A DNA stretch of 32,000 nucleotides, from the NCBI GenBank assembly GCA_054661495.1, contig BAAFSQ010000011.1:1-32000 (forward strand), read 5' to 3'. The notes beneath the pieces are model-generated. The model did not search any database. It was not told the DNA's origin and was given only the letters and a program-made list of their open reading frames with translations. Below are positions 22,104 through 30,749 of this stretch, piece after piece. Source of the stretch: Zygophlyctis sp. KS116. Lineage: Eukaryota; Fungi; Chytridiomycota. Numbering within the stretch: position 1 is the first letter of the stretch; each line of letters opens with the position of its first letter. The translations under genes and the position numbers were made by a program.

Positions 22104-22670
22104 ATGAAAACTATATCAGAAATGAGGTGGTATCGGAAAGTGAAGACTCTGTTTTCTTTAAGAAGAGGATCAGAGAGTTCAGTCATGTCCGATGCAACAG
22201 CCTCAACTTTAGTTGCTGATAAGGAATTGGATGAAATGTCTCCATCTAAATTTACAAAGTTGGCTGGTCTAAAAATCATTGCTAGAAATGATACTGAAGA
22301 TGAATTACTTAAGAATAATGAAAGATCTGATCTCTCATCTTCAATAGCCGATACATTAAACAGTAAAACATCAACTGATTTTCCTAGTATGGATGAATCA
22401 TTCTTTTATCCTCCACAAGATCTAAAAGATGGAATAGTTATTAATGAAAAGAGTCAATCTGGACGATCTCTTCCTACTATAAAAACTCAACCGGTAGTCT
22501 CTACTAAATCACATCATCGTTCAAGGAGTGATGGAGGAGCATGTTTTATGATTCCTGTTGGTGATACAAATGAAATTGTTAGAGGTAGATTTACTCTAAG
22601 GAGAGAGGAAGTTGATTCTAGTTACTGGAAACCGAGAAGGATTACTGGGCCCTCAAGATTCTATGATTGA
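22104..22670 (+). CDS. Hypothetical Ser-rich disordered protein, paralog 1
   Basis: Intronless 188-aa ORF; C-terminal motif shared with 22830-23210. Confidence 0.75.
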   Translation: MKTISEMRWYRKVKTLFSLRRGSESSVMSDATASTLVADKELDEMSPSKFTKLAGLKIIARNDTEDELLKNNERSDLSSSIADTLNSKTSTDFPSMDESFFYPPQDLKDGIVINEKSQSGRSLPTIKTQPVVSTKSHHRSRSDGGACFMIPVGDTNEIVRGRFTLRREEVDSSYWKPRRITGPSRFYD

Positions 22671-22829
22671 TTTATATTTCTTTAACCCATAATTTAACAT
22701 TATTCTTGTAAGATGAAAGATGAATACATATGATAAAAGATTCAACTTTTGACAACAATGCAATATTTAAATTGATTAAATGATCCTAGAAAGGATTAAG
22801 AGGCGACAAGTTGCCGTACTGTTTATCAC

Positions 22830-23210
22830 ATGAAAAAGAAATTCAATTCAAGACTATCAAAACTAACAGCAATATATGATTCTAGATCGTTGACTAGTCC
22901 GCCAATCGAATTGGATGATAATCAGACACTCTCTATTCACACTTTACCTGAACTTGATACTCACGAATCAGATCTTGAATCGGCTTTTGAGCCATTGTCT
23001 ATAAAGTCTCAAGATTCAATTGAGACTCCAATCAGGACTCCCAAGAGTTCTTTTTCGGGTCCGAGTTCATGGATTCCCATTGGAGATCTTTCGGAGAAAC
23101 AAAGGGGAAGATTTATAGTTGTTCGAGAACAAGTTGAATCTAGTTATTGGGCACCAAAGACTCAAACACTGAATAGGCCATCAAGATTTCACCAGCAGGA
23201 AGGCTTGTAA
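22830..23210 (+). CDS. Hypothetical Ser-rich disordered protein, paralog 2
   Basis: 126-aa ORF; shared motif IP(V/I)GD..E..RGRF...RE.V(D/E)SSYW.P...PSRF. Confidence 0.75.
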   Translation: MKKKFNSRLSKLTAIYDSRSLTSPPIELDDNQTLSIHTLPELDTHESDLESAFEPLSIKSQDSIETPIRTPKSSFSGPSSWIPIGDLSEKQRGRFIVVREQVESSYWAPKTQTLNRPSRFHQQEGL

Positions 23211-23215
23211 GCGTA

Positions 23216-23526
23216 AGTAGTATAGATAGACCACCAAATGATACCAAAAATTTCAAATCCACATGTTATTATCATTCTGGACGAGCTTATCCGTTACTTT
23301 GCTTCTGCCTCCTTCTTTAGAGCTTCATTCATAGCAATAAACCCCTTTCTTGTATTTTCGACAGAAACCATGATTTTGAATAGACCATGGATAAAGCGAA
23401 TTTTTATTCCATCATCCAAGGGAAGAAACTGAAACCAGTGCTCGCCAGCAAGAAACCATTTGCCAAAGACAGTGCCAACCCATCGAAACTCGCTTGAGTT
23501 GTTGATTAATAGTTCTGGAGTGAAGT
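23216..23526 (-). pseudogene. Inverted, 5'-truncated copy of the SRPBCC gene with a 27-nt internal deletion
   Basis: Reverse complement of ~25464-25795; FIHGLFK versus FIQGECFTGLGVGLFK. Confidence 0.92.
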
Positions 23527-23736
23527 AAGATTGACAAGTTGGTTCAAACCAATAACCCAAATCCATTCCTTTTCGGTAAGAGATTCTTTGATATCATCTT
23601 CCTTGACCGCTCCTTTTGATTTCTTTCGGAAATAATTGCGCACATCCTTGCAGGTACTGAATCCAGAGGCCCTCTTCAAATCTCCAAACGATGGCCCATC
23701 TTCATATGCACAATCAAACTGAAATCGTTCCCACAT
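23527..23736 (-). pseudogene. Inverted fragment of a paralogous CRN C-terminal domain
   Basis: MWERFQFD..KEDDIKESLTEKEWIWVIGLNQLVN aligns ungapped to 24434-24640 (41/69 aa identical by hand count). Confidence 0.9.
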
Positions 23737-23778
23737 ATTAGGTTTTTCTCTTTGTTTCTCCTCAAAAAAAAAGGGAAA

Positions 23779-24817
23779 ATGGCATCCAACCAACAACACT
23801 CTTCTGTGTCGTCTCCTCCTTCTCCGCTCGTTTGGTTTCTGCTTCTGGACTCTATTACTGGTCTGCCATACAAGGGAACTACTGCTGATTTTGTCTCTCT
23901 TCCTCATTCATCTTTTATTGCTCAGTTTCGAGATGCAGTCAAGGCAAAGTACGACCAACCCGGCTACCTCAAGGACATTCCAGCTGGTGCTCTCCGTGTT
24001 TACAAGAACAAAGATGCATTTGATAAGGTAATGAATTTTATTCTCATCACAGGAAGAGCCGTTGGACCCCACAGAATATCTCGGATTGCTAGGAAGCAAA
24101 GAAGATATGCTCATTGTCGCCGTCCCGTCGCTAACCAGTTCTCCAGAGCTCCACCAACTTGAACAAGAAATCAAGGCATTAGAGAATAGTGAAGAATACA
24201 AGACTTTGGCCTACAAGAACCTTGCCTGGGCTGCTCCTAAACCAACAGAACAAGAAAAGGGGGAGTGGCGACTCTTGAAGGAAAAGCTTGCTGACTTGAA
24301 GAAGAAAGAAGATTTCTCCCAAAAGGCTATCCTGTCAGCGTCAGTGAAGAAATCTGACAAAACTCGAAAAGGGTACAAGAAAGACACTGCTATCAAGGAT
24401 GAGAAATTGTTGTTGTCTGATGTTGCAATTACTATGTGGGAACGATTTGGATTTACCCTTGAACGTGATGGAAAGCCAACCTTTGGAGATTTTGAAAGGG
24501 CCGCTGGATTCAAAGATGACGACGATGTGATTGGTTACTTTGCGAAGCGTAAAAAAGGGCAGGTTAAGGAAGATGATATTAAAGAATCACTCAACGAGGA
24601 GGAATGGATTTTGCTTATTAGTTTGAACCAACGTGTCAACCCCCTTTTGCATAGCAAATTGAATATGAATCGGGATGGGAGTGTTCGTTTGGTGTTGGAA
24701 CACGATGTGTACGAAGATAAAGCCTGGGTGGCTGAAAATATTGTTCAAAAGTTGTATGGGCCTGAGAAGAAGGTTGACATCAAAGATGCTTCAACTGATT
24801 CGTCAACCTCACCGTAA
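23779..24817 (+). CDS. Crinkler (CRN)-like effector 1: ubiquitin-like header + coiled coil + unrecognised C-terminal domain
   Basis: Header VWFLLLDSITGLPYKGTTAD..FRDAVKAK..LKDIPAGALRVYKNK/EEPL..LIVAVP (equivalent of the HVLVxxP boundary); intron 24028-24052. Confidence 0.85.
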
Positions 24818-24921
24818 GATGAACCAAAATATTGAATGTACCTGAACGAGAGTCACTCAAGAAAATTGTGGAAAAGATTTATGTGATGCTCTCAAGTTAA
24901 TGAAGGAATATCACAGATTTA

Positions 24922-25197
24922 TTATATATTCAAATTCACCATACTATTAGAAAGAATCATGCCGTCTTGAGTGGATTTATTGCCATCCCTCTCTCCATCA
25001 TCTTCAATTGAATGAAAACTGTCTGGTGAGGCAACTCTAAACTGAGCAATAACAGATGAAGGAGGAAGAGAGACATAATCAGCAGTAGTTCCCTTGTATG
25101 GCAGACCAGTAATAGAGTCTAGAAGCAGAAACCAAACGAGCGGAGAAGGAGGAGAGGACATTGAGGAGGACTGTTGCTGTTGTGGGTTGGATGCCAT
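24922..25197 (-). pseudogene. Inverted, truncated copy of the CRN1 header fused to a short unrelated tail
   Basis: MASNPQQQQSSSMSSPPSPLVWFLLLDSITGLPYKGTTADYVSLPPSSVIAQFR, then divergent. DNA match ~25031-25220 versus ~23755-23935. Confidence 0.88.
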
Positions 25198-25253
25198 TTT
25201 CCTTTTTTTTTGAGGAGAAAATAACAGACACAAATTATCGACTTCTACCTCAA

Positions 25254-25723
25254 ATGCCGTGATCCAATTTAGATACCGAAATTGTTATCGATAGACCACC
25301 TGAACTTGTCAAAGCTGTTTTCATGGACTGTCGTTTCGCTTTCCTCTTTGGAACCCCTTCATTACCTCGCAGTCGCTGTCGAAAGGCGATATTGACCATC
25401 CAAGCTCCTCATTCACTCAGTTGAAAGTTTCCATCAAAGTAGACGACAACAAACCGTGTATGAACTTCACTCCAGAACTATTAATCAACAACTCAAGCGA
25501 GTTTCGATGGGTTGGCACTGTCTTTGGCAAATGGTTTCTTGCTGGCGAGCACTGGTTTCAGTTTCTTCCCTTGGATGATGGAACAAAAATTCGCTTTATC
25601 CAAGGAGAATGTTTTACTGGTCTTGGAGTTGGTCTATTCAAATTCATGGTTTCTGTCGAAAATACAAGAAAGGGGTTTATTGCTATGAATGAAGCTCTAA
25701 AGAAGGAGGCAGAAGCAAAGTAA
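25254..25723 (+). pseudogene. SRPBCC/polyketide-cyclase-like gene, apparently disrupted
   Basis: MP*SNLDTEIVIDRPPELVKAVFMD, a frameshift near 25328-25340, then FPLWNPFITS..FRWVG..FLAGEHWF..FIQGECFTG..GFIAMNEALKKEAE. Confidence 0.8.
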
Positions 25724-25848
25724 CGGATAAGCTCGTCCAGAATGATAATGACATGTGGATTTGAAATTTTCATTCGGTGCTCTATCTATACTACTAGCGT
25801 AAAATTTATTATCAAGCTATTGTATTTCCATTCATTTGTAAGTATTAA

Positions 25849-26124
25849 TTACTGTTTGTTCCAGTTATCTATAGCAGATATAATCATTTGTAGCAGATCT
25901 CGCCTTTGCTGTAAAATACCATTTAACCTTGAAATCTCTTGAATATATCCATCTTTACTTTCCATTAATTCTGACTCCATTGACTGATCTTGCATTGACA
26001 GTTTAATTTCTTCCAAGGCGTTAAGCTGTGAAATCAGTTTTGATTTATCTAAAGGGATGGCATCATCATTGACCAATTGCAAAGATATAGAATCTAGAAT
26101 TTCAAGAGCTCTATCTAATAGCAT
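25849..26124 (-). CDS. Small helical/coiled-coil hypothetical protein
   Basis: 91-aa ORF filling the gap between genes, with heptad-like YIQEISRLNGILQQRRDLLQ; family not recognised. Confidence 0.55.
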   Translation of the reverse strand: MLLDRALEILDSISLQLVNDDAIPLDKSKLISQLNALEEIKLSMQDQSMESELMESKDGYIQEISRLNGILQQRRDLLQMIISAIDNWNKQ

Positions 26125-26206
26125 ACTTAAAGCTCAACAAGTGCAAGAAAATCAAATCTATTCAAGTTGATTTTATTCAAGGCCTAGGAATCAGATTTAT
26201 TTCCAG

Positions 26207-27280
26207 TTAAATGCTGATCTTTCTAAAGAGATAATTCCTGTTGGTTGTGTAGCAGCAATTACCATCAAAAGGTATATCGCTGAGAAAAGATCCAGGATCG
26301 GCAAACAAAAAGAAAACGTTTTTCATACCCAGCCAGTAACTAGGAACATCATAGCAGAACCGCATAAAATTATCTTTCTTTTGGTAATTAGTCAATTCCG
26401 CATCTTCAAATGCTTCTCCAATATCATTCAGTACAATGAAAACAGGCCCCACTTCATCAGTAAGACTCTTCAAGAAAGAAAACGTTTTGTTGGAATGGTA
26501 AGATTTCCAATCCTTCCGAGGATTTGATAATACTTGTGGAGGCACGACAAACATTTTTTGTAAGGCTTCTTCAAGATGTTTGAGCATTACCTCATCAAAG
26601 TTATCACAGACTAAAGCTTTTTTGCTAAAAGAGATGTGAATCGTATGGCCATCACAGAAAGTTTTTAGAAATTGGTTTAAATATCCATTCTTAATTTTTT
26701 CTTCAAATTCTTCCTTATTTTTTTGAATATAGTGTCGAACAAAATCAGATTCTTTTGGTCCAATTAAACTATCTACGATTGGAATTTGCCAGTCCGCACC
26801 ACAACTTGATTCCGCTCTATTGTAATTGGATCGATGAACACTTTTAAGCTTTTCAAACGCCTTTGTTCGATTGACATTCTCAAGTGCAGAAGGGATAAAT
26901 GGCAATTCTTGTTTCCATTCAGGCGCATTTACTCTCTGAGATTCTTCTATAGGAGCCAATACAATCAGAGCATCCTCTTTAGTTTCTCCCAGACGATCCA
27001 GTGATTCAGAAGACTTTAACGGCTCTTCCTTTCCTTCGTTTAAATTTCTCTTGTCAAATGCATTCTTATTCTTGAATATTTTGAATTTAGAAACATCCAT
27101 TCCTTTCAGATGACTGTTAAAGTACTCGTTTCTGATAGCGTATCTCAAGTTTTGAAAACTATACGAACAAGGAAGATCCACAATTGTAGCACTAGTTCCC
27201 CTGACCGGCTTTTCAGTATGAGCATCATAGAGATGAAACCAGATCAGATTACGATCAGTAGACAGTTTTCTTTTTAACAT
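26207..27280 (-). CDS. Crinkler (CRN)-like effector 2: header + degenerate P-loop NTPase-like domain
   Basis: Header IWFHLYDAHTEKPVRGTSA..IFKNKNAFDKRN..GKEEPL..LGETKEDALIVLAP is clearly homologous to CRN1. C-terminal IPIVDSLIGPKES and VFIVLNDIG resemble decayed Walker A/B motifs. Confidence 0.8.
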   Translation of the reverse strand: MLKRKLSTDRNLIWFHLYDAHTEKPVRGTSATIVDLPCSYSFQNLRYAIRNEYFNSHLKGMDVSKFKIFKNKNAFDKRNLNEGKEEPLKSSESLDRLGETKEDALIVLAPIEESQRVNAPEWKQELPFIPSALENVNRTKAFEKLKSVHRSNYNRAESSCGADWQIPIVDSLIGPKESDFVRHYIQKNKEEFEEKIKNGYLNQFLKTFCDGHTIHISFSKKALVCDNFDEVMLKHLEEALQKMFVVPPQVLSNPRKDWKSYHSNKTFSFLKSLTDEVGPVFIVLNDIGEAFEDAELTNYQKKDNFMRFCYDVPSYWLGMKNVFFLFADPGSFLSDIPFDGNCCYTTNRNYLFRKISI

Positions 27281-27341
27281 TTAAATTGAGAAAGTTTTTT
27301 TCTTGTCATGTAAAGCATGCAGCTAATATATATGCACCAAA

Positions 27342-27382
27342 GGACAATTTCCGGACAGTTTGCGGACAGTTTCCGGACAATT
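27342..27382. repeat. 11-nt tandem repeat upstream of CRN2
   Basis: GGACAATTTCC GGACAGTTTGC GGACAGTTTCC GGACAATT. Confidence 0.85.
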
Positions 27383-27518
27383 CGACCAGGTCATATATAC
27401 AGATTGCCATCAGTGTTAATCACAGAATAAACTTTCTGCTCTTGATTGTTCTATGTTGATTTGGAAATACACATTATAATACTAAAAAACAAAGCTAAAA
27501 ATGCCAAAGAAAATCGGT

Positions 27519-30500
27519 TTATTCAGTAGATTCTTCCTGAGAAGGTGCAGGTGCAGCAGCAGAGGTTGGGCTGGGGCCAGCAGCTTCAGTTCCAGATGGT
27601 GCTGTGACTGGTGCAGGGATGCTCGGCGTAATCAGTTCTCTAGGCTCAGATGGGGATCGATCAACCAGACAGACGATTCCTCCAAATGATCCACCCTTCT
27701 TGACAGGCTGATATCGGCTATTTTCTTTGAAATTCAAACAGGGAAGTTGTGCAGGAATAACCCTGGTCATATTCTCCAACATCTCAAACGTCTCTTCGCG
27801 TTTCTTCTTTTTTTCTTCCGGCTAAATGATTAATAATAAGTAATTCTAACCTTTTTCTCTTCATCGGTGACTGCAGTAGCTTCTTTTGGTTGTTCATCCT
27901 AAAAATTACTTTTTTATTCATTTACCGTTTCCATAGCGTCGAGTTTTTCCTTTTCAGCCTTTTTAGCACGAGCTTTAGCTTTATTAGTTGTTGAAAGAAC
28001 AGCTGTTGCCACTTTTTCCACGACTTCAGAAGTGGGTGGCTTCGTAGGAGGTGGATACGCGAATAAAGCCGGTTTAGAATTTGATACAAAACTGAACTTT
28101 GGAATTTCCAATTGAGAATCCAAGCCAATAAATGCAGTAGGAGTCAAAGAAAGAGACAAGAAATGTGCAAGAGGGTACCAGTACCAAAATTGAGTGAAAA
28201 TGGCCATACCAACAATAGCAGACATATTCGAATGTCCAGATGCTGACTGAAGAGATATAGTCACATTTCTTCCTCCGGCATCAATGATACCCTGCCCCAG
28301 AACCGCTCCAAGTCGTGCCATAACATCTTCATGCTTATCCTTGATAACTGTTTCATACAATTTTCTGGTTGGGCCAACCTAATATAAAAAAATAATTAAT
28401 ACCTTTGAGCTGGAAGTTTCGTTTGTCTGGATTAAGATCATAGCCAGGGCTATGAATGCACCTTGACGAACATAGTCAACTGGGTCTTTTGATAAAGGCT
28501 CAAGAAGGTCTAAAGCTTCCTAAATATTTAAAGTAAAAACTATACCACTAATCCAGTTCCAGCACATGAAATACCAAGTGCAAGGGTGGCTCCATATCTA
28601 ACATGAGGATTGTAACTCTCAGAGAGTAATTGGACCAATCTAGGAACCTGATTTGGAGATTTAAAAAGTAGGAATCCTAGGGCAGTAACAGCAGCTCTTC
28701 GCACATCATCATTAACATCGCTGACAGCGAAATGCAAAAGTCGTCGAATAGCTTTATTGTTCCCCGTGCCCGCATACGCCATAGCAATTGTATAAATGCC
28801 TCCATACCGCAAAATAGGATCCTTTAAAATCAACTAACTTATATTTACCTTGTCACTACAAAGCTGCTCTATCATAGAATCTGCATTCTCTTCGTGCCCA
28901 TACATAATCAGTGACATACCAATTGCAAGACCCCGAATTATCTTCTCATGTTGAGTCTCATGAGCGTATTGAAGCATTTCCTCTATTGCAGTTTTTGAAG
29001 CAGTACCAAGCATGACCAGTCCCATAGCCAGCCCAGCAGCTTCACCAGCAACGGCAGAATCTGTGAAAAGAACAGATTTCAGCTCTTCATAAATTTCTGA
29101 TGAATCTGTAGCCATCCCGGCGACACCAACACCCAAACAAGCTCCATGCTGAACAACTTCAATCTGTGTATTCTTGAGAGAATCTCTCAGATACCCAAGA
29201 ACTCCTGTTCCATGGTTTGCATTTATTAAACCCAATGCAAAAAGTGCGCCTCCCTCAGAATAAGATGATGATGAGACACCCGGTTGCGGAAGATAAGGAG
29301 ATAGTAAGGTTCGACCCTGAGATATATGCCCCTTTGCATTAATAATTACCCAAATCTACCTTGTGAATTACTCCCAAAGCAGCAGTCGCACTAAATTTTG
29401 TCCAATTAGATGCTCTGGAAAGCCAATCTAAATTTTGTCGCAAGAATTCATCACTTGTAGTTCCGGCATTCATAAAAGCATTCGCAAAAGTAACACCCGC
29501 GTGAAAAATTGAATTTCTTGAATCCAAAGCGTTCTTTGTATTTTTAAGAATCAGCAGATCTGCTTTATTATTTCTGTACAAAAATTCGAGGTAAAGCTTA
29601 ATAGATAATTCTCCTGATAGTATGTTCCTTATCTTCTTAATTGCATCCGTTTCAGGTTTTTCTGTATCCATTGCAGAAGGATCAGACTCTACCAATGGGA
29701 GAGCCTGAAGTAATCTTTGCAAGTATTCTTGTTTTGCACTCTCTTCAATATCAAACGCAATTTGATACGCAATCAAAACATGATCCTATTTTGAGTAGGA
29801 AAAGACAAACCTGGCCCTTCTTCACTAAATCTTGAAGCATATTACTGCAAGCAGCAAAATCATCCAAATGAACTAAACACTGACTGATTGAAATATAATC
29901 TGGTTCTTTAAGAGTCTGATATAACTTGACAAGTAATCTAAGAACCTAAAATTAGTCACATATTTCTACCTTATTTCTAAATTCTAAATTTTGAACAGAC
30001 ATCATATTCAATTCCGAAACATATGCTAATAATTTCGAGGAATTTCCCTTGAGTATAGATTCTTCCACGACATCTAGTCTATAAGCCTCTAATGCTATTC
30101 CTATCGCCTAAATAAATTACTGTCAATATATTTACTTGTTCTGATTCACCGTCTACATAGCATTTGTTGAACATTTTCTGAACAATGTCTTCCAAGCGTG
30201 GATCTATTTTTTCAGCCCCTTGCTGCCGTTTAGAGATATACTCGTCGATACATTTCGCTTGATAATTTAGAAATAAAAAAAATACAAACTATAGTCTCTA
30301 CATAGTCATTCTTTAGCGAGATATCAAACAGTTTTCCTGCGCCAAGAGCAAACGTGAGCGCTTCTTCGTATTCTCCCAAGTGATAATAAACCTTTGATGC
30401 GACAAGAGCCGCAAGTTGCCGCTGACCAAAATTATCTTTTTCGTACAATATTTCACTAAATTTAGAGCTAGAAAAGTACATTTTGTCAATTGCATCTGAA

Positions 30501-30639
30501 ATCTCTGCCCAGAAAATATCAACGACATCATTCAACTTTTGAAGCGCAAAGACCAAAAGATTTTCGTCAGTCTCATCTAAAAGAGATAAAATTCCACCTC
30601 ATTGTCAAGATAGTATAAAATACCTGCAGAAGACACCAT
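27519..30639 (-). CDS. RPN2: 26S proteasome base subunit Rpn2/PSMD1
   Basis: [97 protein letters not shown]; about 12 short introns. Confidence 0.97.
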
Positions 30640-30749
30640 TTTGTGATTCTTTTTTCGTGAGTTCCGCACGCTCGGTGGTCGACCTAACCGTCTCATAGAT
30701 TTGGAAAGGATCAATCAATTGCAACTTTATTAACTTGAAATATTTACTA

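Noticed and set aside
24820-25030. Weak resemblance of spacer translations (KKIVEKIY; KES..EWI..P.LH..LN.N) to the CRN1 C-terminus
   Set aside because: Too short and gapped to support by eye; needs a tBLASTn or HMM significance test.
25849-26124. Assignment as a Mediator subunit (MED9/MED10-like)
   Set aside because: Only generic coiled-coil similarity; the MED10 G.NP motif is absent.
148-30639. Three proteasome genes (RPN9, PRE3, RPN2) as a co-regulated cluster
   Set aside because: They are 11-14 kb apart with many unrelated genes between, and no shared PACE-like GGTGGCAAA is seen upstream; compatible with chance.
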